From IMG/VR virus record IMGVR_UViG_3300008255_000305, positions 1-33,091 of that record: a stretch of DNA of 33,091 nucleotides. One strand, given 5' to 3'. Below are positions 26,665 to 33,091 of this stretch, piece by piece. The stretch is from a virus. Its lineage: Duplodnaviria; Caudoviricetes. Under the pieces are notes generated by a model that saw only the letters and a list, made by a program, of their open reading frames with translations, did no database searches and was not told where the DNA came from. The position numbers were made by a program, and so were the translations under genes. The first letter of the stretch is position 1, and the number at the start of each line of letters is the position of its first letter.

Positions 26665-26844
26665 TTAAATAGCGGATATCTTCTTAATCTTCGTCGTGTC
26701 GAGCATCATACGCTTCCCGTCCATCTCAATCTGAAGCTCTGCCTTGTTCCGACGGAGGTACTTTACGCGGCTTGAGGACATGGCCAGCTCCAGGATGAGA
26801 CCGTTCTTCATTTCAACTCGGCAGGCGGTGTCGGGAGGTGTCAT
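26665..26844 (-). CDS. Small hypothetical protein (59 aa, below cutoff)
   Basis: MTPPDTACRVEMKNG...KKISAI*; ATGA-coupled to the upstream ORF. Confidence 0.55.
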   Translation of the reverse strand: MTPPDTACRVEMKNGLILELAMSSSRVKYLRRNKAELQIEMDGKRMMLDTTKIKKISAI

Positions 26845-26999
26845 CGCTTCGCAAACAGGGAAGGATTCTCCTCAGCGTAATCCAGCAGACGCTCCAGCAG
26901 TTCCCACTTCTGTCCGATGCCGTCCCAGCGAAGCTTGTTCGATACGGCTTTGAAGCGTTCGTAGAGTGGGATTGGAAATGGAGGGCGGGCGTATTTCAT
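26841..26999 (-). CDS. Small hypothetical protein (52 aa, possibly ribbon-helix-helix-like)
   Basis: MKYARPPFPIPLYERFKAV...ELLERLLDYAEE; ATGA overlaps at both ends. Confidence 0.55.
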   Translation of the reverse strand: MKYARPPFPIPLYERFKAVSNKLRWDGIGQKWELLERLLDYAEENPSLFAKR

Positions 27000-27304
27000 A
27001 CGATCGGCACGGTAAGGGGCGGTGGCGCTTCGTAGTATTCAAGAAGCTGATCATATAGCTCATCGTTGAGAAGCTCTGTTGCAGGGTACTTTTCGGAAAT
27101 CCTGCCGCGATAGCAACCATGACGTTGGCAGTAGTCGTCGTACACGTCTTCTAAGTAATCCAGTCGCCTTATCGCCTCAAACATCCTGCAATCAACTAAG
27201 CGGCAATCCTTGTCAAAACACTTTAATGCGAGCGTCTTGTTCGAGAACCCTCGAATTGCATCGAGCATTACAGAATCGCCTTTTATCGTGAGCTTCATTC
27301 TCAC
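26996..27304 (-). CDS. Hypothetical protein
   Basis: GTGA/ATGA-coupled within the operon. Confidence 0.55.
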   Translation of the reverse strand: MRMKLTIKGDSVMLDAIRGFSNKTLALKCFDKDCRLVDCRMFEAIRRLDYLEDVYDDYCQRHGCYRGRISEKYPATELLNDELYDQLLEYYEAPPPLTVPIV

Positions 27305-27696
27305 GCCACCTTGGGAAGGAGATCGGGGTTCTCGTAGATGTTGCCGATGATTTCCGATTGTTGTGCTGTTCTACTCTGCAAGAGCAGATACGGACTTACA
27401 CAGCCAGTATCGCTTTTTATCTGGCTTAGCAACACGAATCCGCATCGTTCTTCATTCCATGAAACATCACTGTGAACATGGCGAAGTATAAACCAGTCAA
27501 GAATACCCCCCTCAAATATCTCCTTCCCGTTCTTGTCGGTGAGTCCTGTGGATTGCATGACAATTCCGTCGCGTAGGTACGTGCGGAAATCGTCCGTATT
27601 TGCGTCAGCATCAATGTTTGGTTTTCCACCGTGATCGACGTTTACGTTGTAATGCATATTGCCTTCATGCCAAGCTCTGAATCGTAGTGGTGCCAT
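27301..27696 (-). CDS. YopX family protein
   Basis: LRFRAW, MQSTGLTDKNGKEIFEG, EIIGNIYENPDLL; TGATG overlap gives start 27696. Confidence 0.9.
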   Translation of the reverse strand: MAPLRFRAWHEGNMHYNVNVDHGGKPNIDADANTDDFRTYLRDGIVMQSTGLTDKNGKEIFEGGILDWFILRHVHSDVSWNEERCGFVLLSQIKSDTGCVSPYLLLQSRTAQQSEIIGNIYENPDLLPKVA

Positions 27697-27890
27697 CAGA
27701 TTTCCAGAGGGGAAACCACAACCCGGATGATGTTCTCTGCCTGGAACTCCTGATTCCCGCACTTCGGGCAGGCAGCCACGGAGCCGGCGAGCATCAGTTC
27801 CCGGCAGAAGGAGAACGAGCAGCCGCAGTCACAACGGACATCGACGACCGTCTTCGTCCAGCGACCGGTGAGGGTGTGCGAGTAGACCAT
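27696..27890 (-). CDS. Small zinc-ribbon protein
   Basis: CDCG...CPKCG; promoter immediately upstream. Confidence 0.6.
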   Translation of the reverse strand: MVYSHTLTGRWTKTVVDVRCDCGCSFSFCRELMLAGSVAACPKCGNQEFQAENIIRVVVSPLEI

Positions 27891-27898
27891 TCGCCCGG

Positions 27899-27927
27899 AG
27901 CGTAGCGATGCACACGGGAATCGTCAA
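27899..27927 (-). promoter_or_regulatory. Sigma70-like promoter heading the accessory/chaperonin operon
   Basis: TTGACG-17 nt-TACGCT, 8 nt before ATG 27890. Confidence 0.65.
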
Positions 27928-27950
27928 CGCATCACAGCTTGACAAGTGCA

Positions 27951-28430
27951 TCACTCATCACCATCGTCGGGTTCTGCTTTGCCGCTCCCCATCATCCCCG
28001 CAGCAAGTTCGGCAGCGCCGTCCTTTTTTATGTTCACGTTCGTGTCCGACCTCTCCCGCATCTCGTGATCCGATGAGAGAATGAGCTTCGCAATCGTGCT
28101 GTTGTATTCTCCTGAAAGCCCGTAATCGAGCAGACGCGACTTCTGTTCTGACTTGATGAAATCCAAAGCGTCCGAAAACTCAGAATACTCGGTTGACCAT
28201 AAATGAACCGTAGAGCGGCTTACACCCAAGAATTTGGCGAATCCCTCTATCTTTGGAAGATTCACTTTCAGCACCCTACCCACTTTCTCCGTCCGGCATT
28301 GTTCGACGTACTCCACGGCCTTTTCGCAGAAGCTGGGATCGTACTTCGTCGGAGCGCCGCACTTGCAGCATCCTTCATCATCACCCTTGGGCTTTGAACA
28401 TTTGCCGCAGACTTCGTTCTCTTCTTTCAT
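27951..28430 (-). CDS. terS: Terminase small subunit (P22 gp3-like)
   Basis: GAPTKY, PKIEGFAKFLGVSRSTVHLW....EFSDAL, GLSGEYNSTIAKLIL. Confidence 0.85.
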   Translation of the reverse strand: MKEENEVCGKCSKPKGDDEGCCKCGAPTKYDPSFCEKAVEYVEQCRTEKVGRVLKVNLPKIEGFAKFLGVSRSTVHLWSTEYSEFSDALDFIKSEQKSRLLDYGLSGEYNSTIAKLILSSDHEMRERSDTNVNIKKDGAAELAAGMMGSGKAEPDDGDE

Positions 28431-28707
28431 GGAGAGATTCTAGCACAACCACCCGCTGGCACGCTCGCTTCCGTTTAGAAATGTTCTGACGATACCCGCA
28501 TGCGGCTAACCTCGGCCAACCGATTACAGTGCGTGCCAACAGAACGAATAAGCCTGCCAACAGAGAAGGACGAGTCCAAAACGCGAGTAGGCGTGGAAGA
28601 TTATCGACGGGTGAATACCGTGAACACGGCTTACAGCGGATTCCCGACGGGGAAAGTGAAACGTGTCCACGGGGCGGACTGTATCAGTTCTTCGCTTACG
28701 GAAGCAA

Positions 28708-28845
28708 CTATCGTCTACGCATCACTCGCACGACAAGATCTGCAAGCCCCTCGACAACTCCGACGTATGCCCGCAAGAACAGCATCAGGATGAATGCGTA
28801 CACTTTCAGCAGCCCGTACCCGATGGCGAAGAGCAGGACTCTCAC
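28708..28845 (-). CDS. Small membrane protein (45 aa, below cutoff)
   Basis: MRVLLFAIGYGLLKVYAFILMLFLRAYV...RRR* just after the replication gene. Confidence 0.4.
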   Translation of the reverse strand: MRVLLFAIGYGLLKVYAFILMLFLRAYVGVVEGLADLVVRVMRRR

Positions 28846-28850
28846 TCGCC

Positions 28851-29429
28851 TTAGGCGGAAGTATCGAGAGTTTTGCACAGATCAACGAAGTCCGTCGGCG
28901 TGCTCACCTGCTTTCCGGCGAGAACTTTTTGCCATGCCTTGTCGATCGTCTCCCCGAATTCTTGTGCAAGCCACCTGTCGTATCCCTCACCTTTCCCGTG
29001 CTGTCGAAGCCAGCGTATCAAACTTTTCGGAAGACCACGTAGTTCTTTAGTTCTTGTAGTTCTTGTTTGTGGTCGTTTGTTGGTCGTTTGTTGGTCAGCT
29101 TTCAGGTCGCCACTTCCCTTCAATTGGTATTTTTCGTAGTTCCTGATCGTTATAAGCGAAAATCTGTTGGTCGTTTTGATGGTCAATTCTTGCGTTTCTT
29201 CCAAACGATGAAGGCAAGTGCGAATAGATCGCTCGCTAATGCCGGTCACTTCACTCAGCTTCTTCCTACCGACGATAACTTGCCCACGGCTCACAGTAAT
29301 GCCGTGCCACTCTCTCGGTTCGTGGTTCGCCTCAAGCAGCAAATGCAGAAACAAATGAACCATGTAGCTGTTGTCGTACCAGCCCCAGTTCATCAATTGC
29401 CGGTGGATTTTAATCCAGCCGTTATCCAT
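28851..29429 (-). CDS. Phage replication initiator (replisome organizer-type, N-terminal wHTH)
   Basis: GWIKIHRQL..W.WY, LFLHLLLEANH, RGQ, IRTCL.RL, SLITIRNYEKYQ. Confidence 0.85.
   Translation of the reverse strand: MDNGWIKIHRQLMNWGWYDNSYMVHLFLHLLLEANHEPREWHGITVSRGQVIVGRKKLSEVTGISERSIRTCLHRLEETQELTIKTTNRFSLITIRNYEKYQLKGSGDLKADQQTTNKRPQTRTTRTKELRGLPKSLIRWLRQHGKGEGYDRWLAQEFGETIDKAWQKVLAGKQVSTPTDFVDLCKTLDTSA
29040..29177. repeat. Iteron-like repeats; putative phage origin inside the initiator gene
   Basis: TGGTCGTTTGT tandem at 29070-29091 plus a partial third copy, a related copy near 29165-29177, and TAGTTCTT x3 from 29040. Confidence 0.65.
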
Positions 29430-29530
29430 AGCTCATCTTGAAACGAGAACCAGAGCACACACAAAAAGCTGACAAGCCATCAGCGTGTGATAGTTCCCGA
29501 TTCAAAATGAGACTTGTCAGCATCGCGAGA

Positions 29531-29560
29531 AAACTAGCGCAACCGACTGGGCTGTGTCAA
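29531..29560 (-). promoter_or_regulatory. Sigma70-like promoter for the replication gene
   Basis: TTGACA-18 nt-TAGTTT. Confidence 0.5.
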
Positions 29561-29606
29561 ACTGTTTTCACCCACCCACCTCCCTACCCATTTTCCCACC
29601 ATCACC

Positions 29607-29891
29607 ATGATTAACCAACCTGTACCTCAGTGCGACGTAGATGAGAGCAAGTTTCGGTTTCCGAAGGACGAGAACGGACTTCCGCTTCACATCTTTCTTG
29701 TAACCGTGAAGCTCGTCGAAGAAAATAACAACTCCCCGTGGCGGTACGTCATCTTTGCCGTCACCGGATCAGAGGCGCATGAGAAGATCGTGCAATACCT
29801 CAACCAAGGCGAATACCGGGAAGGCAACTACCGAGTATCCGTAGAAATGGCCCGTGTTGCTTCAGGCAATATGGGCATCATCGAGCTCTGA
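29607..29891 (+). CDS. Hypothetical protein
   Basis: 94-aa ORF with the C/T-rich leader seen on other genes here. Confidence 0.6.
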   Translation: MINQPVPQCDVDESKFRFPKDENGLPLHIFLVTVKLVEENNNSPWRYVIFAVTGSEAHEKIVQYLNQGEYREGNYRVSVEMARVASGNMGIIEL

Positions 29892-29910
29892 ATTCGTGGG
29901 TGGGTACTTC

Positions 29911-29942
29911 AAAAAGCCCCCATCCACCAAATGGATGAGGGC
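29911..29942 (-). terminator. Intrinsic terminator
   Basis: GCCCTCATCCA-TTTGG-TGGATGGGGGC followed by TTTTT. Confidence 0.8.
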
Positions 29943-29952
29943 AGCGTCCGAG

Positions 29953-30101
29953 CTACGCGACATCCCACGCGGCGATCGCGTCACAAGCGTTCCGTGCTAC
30001 GAGCTTGTCGAAGTCTTTGTGACCGGTGATCTTCGGAGGAAAGCATCCTTTGTCGAGCCAGCCAAGCAGATCCTCGGCTCTCTCTGCGGCAGTTTCCCAA
30101 T
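29953..30101 (-). pseudogene. 3' remnant of a small gene cut by the IS
   Basis: WETAAERAEDLLGWLDKGCFPPKITG...WDVA* has no start codon before the IS end and is followed by a terminator. Confidence 0.55.
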
Positions 30102-30114
30102 GGGAATTATATAC

Positions 30115-30143
30115 TTGACTAACCTAACGGGAGGGGTTAGTAT
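30115..30143 (+). promoter_or_regulatory. IS promoter with -35 inside the left terminal repeat
   Basis: TTGACT-17 nt-TAGTAT. Confidence 0.55.
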
Positions 30144-30166
30144 TCTTCCACTTTCCTACTCCTCCC

Positions 30167-31072
30167 ATGAAAGACCCGATTTCCCTCCCTCAGTTTATCA
30201 GTAAGTTTCCCGACGAGGATGCTTGCGAGCAGTACATCATCGCCGCCCGTTGGCCGCGTGGCATGAACTGCCCTTACTGCCGTAACCATCGTATCTACCG
30301 CCTAGAGAAGCAACGCCGTTTCAAGTGTGGAAAGTGCAAAAAGCAATTCACCGTCCGCACTAATTCCGTTCTTGCAGAAAGCAAAATCCCTCTGCAAAAG
30401 TGGCTCATGGCCGTTTGGATTCTTACATCTAACAGCAAGGGTATCTCTTCCGTTCAACTCGCAAAGACGCTAGGCGTGACGCAGAAAACGGCATGGTTTC
30501 TCGCGCACCGTATCCGCGAATCCTTTATGGACAAAAGCACCACGCAACTCAATGGAACGGTAGAATCCGATGAAACCTACATAGGAGGAAAGGAGAAGAA
30601 CAAGCACCGCAACAAGAGGCTAAACGCAGGACGCGGGGCAGTGGGAAAAAGCGCGGTACTCGGCATGAAGCAACGCGGAGGAAAGGTACGAGCTAAGTAT
30701 ATTGCCGACACAACTGCTTCCACCATCCACGGTCTCATCGGAAAGCATGTAGAGAAGGGCAGTACACTTTGTACCGACGAGCACCGTTCCTACCAAGGGA
30801 TTGCCGACTACAAGCACCACGTTATCAATCACTCTGTAGGCCAGTACGTAGACGGCATGGTCTACACGAACGGCATTGAATCATTCTGGGCAATCCTCAA
30901 GCGCGGACTGATGGGCATTTACCATCAAATGAGTGAGGAGCACTTGAATCGCTATATCAATGAGTTTGCTTTCCGGCACAATGCGGGTTCGCTAACAGGA
31001 CATGACACGATGGCTCTTGCATTCTACAATGCCGGACATAGGAGGCTTACCTATAAACAACTCACCGCATGA
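30167..31072 (+). CDS. IS1595 family transposase
   Basis: Zn ribbon CPYC/CGKC, VESDETYIGG, LCTDE, NGIESFW, YINEFAFRHN. Confidence 0.95.
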   Translation: MKDPISLPQFISKFPDEDACEQYIIAARWPRGMNCPYCRNHRIYRLEKQRRFKCGKCKKQFTVRTNSVLAESKIPLQKWLMAVWILTSNSKGISSVQLAKTLGVTQKTAWFLAHRIRESFMDKSTTQLNGTVESDETYIGGKEKNKHRNKRLNAGRGAVGKSAVLGMKQRGGKVRAKYIADTTASTIHGLIGKHVEKGSTLCTDEHRSYQGIADYKHHVINHSVGQYVDGMVYTNGIESFWAILKRGLMGIYHQMSEEHLNRYINEFAFRHNAGSLTGHDTMALAFYNAGHRRLTYKQLTA

Positions 31073-31935
31073 ATCCCCGTACCGCCAAAATCATTGAGCC
31101 GATACCAGCCAGCTTCAATGATGTCATGGGATCGCTTGTTCATGCTCCCATATTTGAGCAAGTAGATAGATTGCCCGTAGAGCGTTCAGTCTCACGATGG
31201 CTGAACAAGTTTCATTGTGGAGATGTTGTGGCGACGTTGAACAAGATGCCAGCGGAATCTGTCAGTCTTGTCGTTACGTCCCCGCCGTACAATCTCAAAA
31301 ACTCCACCGGCAACGGCATGAAAGATGGACGCGGCGGGAAGTGGCCTAAGGCGCAATTGATGAATGGCTACGATGAACACCACGACAACATGCCGCATGA
31401 TGAATACGCTGCATGGCAGAGGGATTGCCTAGAGGCCATGATGCGCGTACTGAAACCGGACGGCGCAATCTTCTACAATCACAAGTGGCGCGTACAGGAT
31501 GGAGTGCTACAAGACCGCAATGACATTGTGTCGGGTTTCCCAGTCCGGCAGATCATCATTTGGAAGAGGGCGGGAGGCATAAACTTCAATTTGGGATACT
31601 TCCTACCGACATACGAAGTCATTTACATGATTTGTAAACCGGATTTCAAACTGGCAATGGGGGCGAACAAAATGACGGATGTATGGGAGTTCCCGCAGGA
31701 AAGAGGAAACGACCATCCGGCTCCTTACCCTGTAGAGCTTGCACAACGCTGTATACAGGCTTCCCGAGGCGGGGTTGTACTCGACCCCTTCATGGGCAGC
31801 GGGACAACGGCAATCGCAGCAACAGCAATGCAGCGCGACTGGATTGGCATTGATATTTCTACTGCATACTGCAAAATGGCAAGCAAAAGGCTGGACGAGT
31901 ACAAGCGAAAGTCCCGCCTGAAAATCTTTCCGTAA
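31069..31935 (+). CDS. Beta-class amino DNA methyltransferase (N4-C/N6-A)
   Basis: TSPPY precedes HPAPYP and VLDPFMGSGTT. Confidence 0.93.
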   Translation: MNPRTAKIIEPIPASFNDVMGSLVHAPIFEQVDRLPVERSVSRWLNKFHCGDVVATLNKMPAESVSLVVTSPPYNLKNSTGNGMKDGRGGKWPKAQLMNGYDEHHDNMPHDEYAAWQRDCLEAMMRVLKPDGAIFYNHKWRVQDGVLQDRNDIVSGFPVRQIIIWKRAGGINFNLGYFLPTYEVIYMICKPDFKLAMGANKMTDVWEFPQERGNDHPAPYPVELAQRCIQASRGGVVLDPFMGSGTTAIAATAMQRDWIGIDISTAYCKMASKRLDEYKRKSRLKIFP

Positions 31936-31940
31936 GCCTT

Positions 31941-32657
31941 TTGCAGTCTCCTCCACCGCGCTCACTATCGGCGGCCTCTGAAAAAATCCGCGAAATTCTA
32001 CGCATGGGGATTGTTCCCATGCCCGATGAAAAGTCGTACCGTGGTACAGGCGCACCGGGGAGACTCCTAGAGCACTTGCTAGGCGTGAAAGAGAACAATA
32101 ATGACTCGCCGGATTTACTTGATTGGGAAGTGAAGTTTCACGGTGGTCAATCTCTCATCACGTTGTTTCACAAAGACCCGCAGCCTAGAGGGGTTATGCG
32201 GTTCATGGTGCATGAATACGGGTGGGATGATGGGCAGGGGCGGCTGAGCTTCCGGCACACGATAGGCGGCGAATCACCACGGGGCTTCTATGTCGTGAAT
32301 GAGAATGACCGGATTGTCGTGCGGAATAGGCATAAAGATAACGTGGTGCCGTACTGGACGCATGAAACGCTGATGAACTGTTGCGGCGGCAAGCTACGGC
32401 GGCTCATTGTGGTAGATGGGAAGGTCGTGAAATACCCCGTACATGGAGTGCAGTACACGGGGGCAACCGCCTATTGGGAGTTTGATATTTCGGGATTCTG
32501 CAACGCTCTGGCTATCGGGAAAATGCACGTTGATTTCGACGCGAGGACAAATGGAGGGGAGGGAACATCTATACGGAATCACGGTACCAAGTTCCGCGTA
32601 AAGGCCGAGGATTTGCCAGCTATGTACCGAAACAAGAAAAAGATAACCTCCGTATAG
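31941..32657 (+). CDS. MvaI/BcnI-family restriction endonuclease; start uncertain
   Basis: G..G.LLEHLLGVKENN..SPD..DWEVK, LITLFHKDP, RNHGTKFRV. Confidence 0.85.
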   Translation: MQSPPPRSLSAASEKIREILRMGIVPMPDEKSYRGTGAPGRLLEHLLGVKENNNDSPDLLDWEVKFHGGQSLITLFHKDPQPRGVMRFMVHEYGWDDGQGRLSFRHTIGGESPRGFYVVNENDRIVVRNRHKDNVVPYWTHETLMNCCGGKLRRLIVVDGKVVKYPVHGVQYTGATAYWEFDISGFCNALAIGKMHVDFDARTNGGEGTSIRNHGTKFRVKAEDLPAMYRNKKKITSV

Positions 32658-32680
32658 GGTTACTCAAGTATATAAGTCCC

Positions 32681-33032
32681 TAAATTTGCCTTGTGGCGTG
32701 CTTTCAAACCAGAACGTGGGGAACTTGAGATCAAGGAGTTTTCCGGTGTCAAGCATGTAGATGATGCGTCCCCCGTCGATGCTGTTCCGGGCGAGCCTGT
32801 CTGGATGCCATGACAGTATTCCCTGAGCTTCACCCTGTTCAATACGGGCAAGCATTTCTGCGAACACGGTTCGGCCGGGTTCTTTGGCGGTTTTGGCTTC
32901 CTCGAAGGAAGCCGCGATTTCAAGGCGTTCTTTTTCGGAATGCTCGGCCAGCTCCGCGAGCTGAGCCTCGATGGAGAGGACTTGTTTGTCCTCCGTCTCC
33001 GTGGATTTACGGGCGTAGATGAAGTACTTCAT
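32681..33032 (-). pseudogene. Serine recombinase, catalytic N-terminal domain only, interrupted by the IS
   Basis: YARKST, Q..SIEAQ, AKEPGR, DRLARN; frame enters the IS terminal repeat after TPQGKF and stops. Confidence 0.88.
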
Positions 33033-33091
33033 GGGGCGAACGGGGAAGGGGGAGAAATTTGCGTTTGGCCACAAGAAGGTTCGAGCCGACG

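Larger units (their letters stand above)
4676..29560 (-). mobile_element. Siphovirus-like prophage (replication, packaging, head, tail, lysis); boundaries approximate, probably defective
   Basis: Co-oriented canonical gene order; no tail sheath gene; no intact integrase or repressor in the window. Confidence 0.9.
30102..32680 (+). mobile_element. IS1595-family transporter element carrying a restriction-modification pair
   Basis: Terminal inverted repeats 30102-30124 and 32658-32680 match at 21/23 positions and enclose transposase, MTase and REase. Confidence 0.9.

Noticed and set aside
28431-28707. Intergenic stretch with a TGCCAACAGA direct repeat as a possible ncRNA
   Set aside because: Only two copies and no convincing extended pairing; short ORFs there are also unsupported
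29040-29100. Short repeats as a CRISPR array
   Set aside because: Repeats are 8-11 bp, lack spacers and lie inside the replication gene; iterons explain them
33076-33091. GGTTCGAGCC resembling a tRNA T-loop near the recombinase
   Set aside because: No T-stem pairing or cloverleaf can be built, and the window ends here
1-33091. Similar window ends (AGCCGTCG / AGCCGACG) as a sign of circularity
   Set aside because: Only 7 of 8 bases match; too short to be meaningful

Overview
Most of the window (about 4.7-29.6 kb, minus strand) is a siphovirus-type prophage. It carries a replication initiator with iterons, terS, a 4-kb accessory block containing a complete groES-groEL pair, terL, portal, minor head protein, HK97-type protease and capsid, head-tail connectors, tail tube, tail chaperone, tape measure, distal tail, two fibre-like proteins, a hub protein and a lysis cassette. 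On the right, an IS1595-family element with 23-bp terminal inverted repeats (30102-32680) carries a DNA methyltransferase and an MvaI/BcnI-family endonuclease, and it truncates a serine recombinase. On the left is a different mobile-element-like module: truncated RadC, truncated prim-pol, an SSB-like protein, DUF932 and a replication-relaxation protein. The phage genes lack Shine-Dalgarno motifs and use C/T-rich leaders or leaderless-type -10 boxes, whereas several left-module genes are SD-led. Unusual translation signals include two apparent ATA/GTA starts overlapping upstream TAG stops and a tail-chaperone frameshift that appears to be +1/-2. All family calls come from motif recognition by eye, not database searches.
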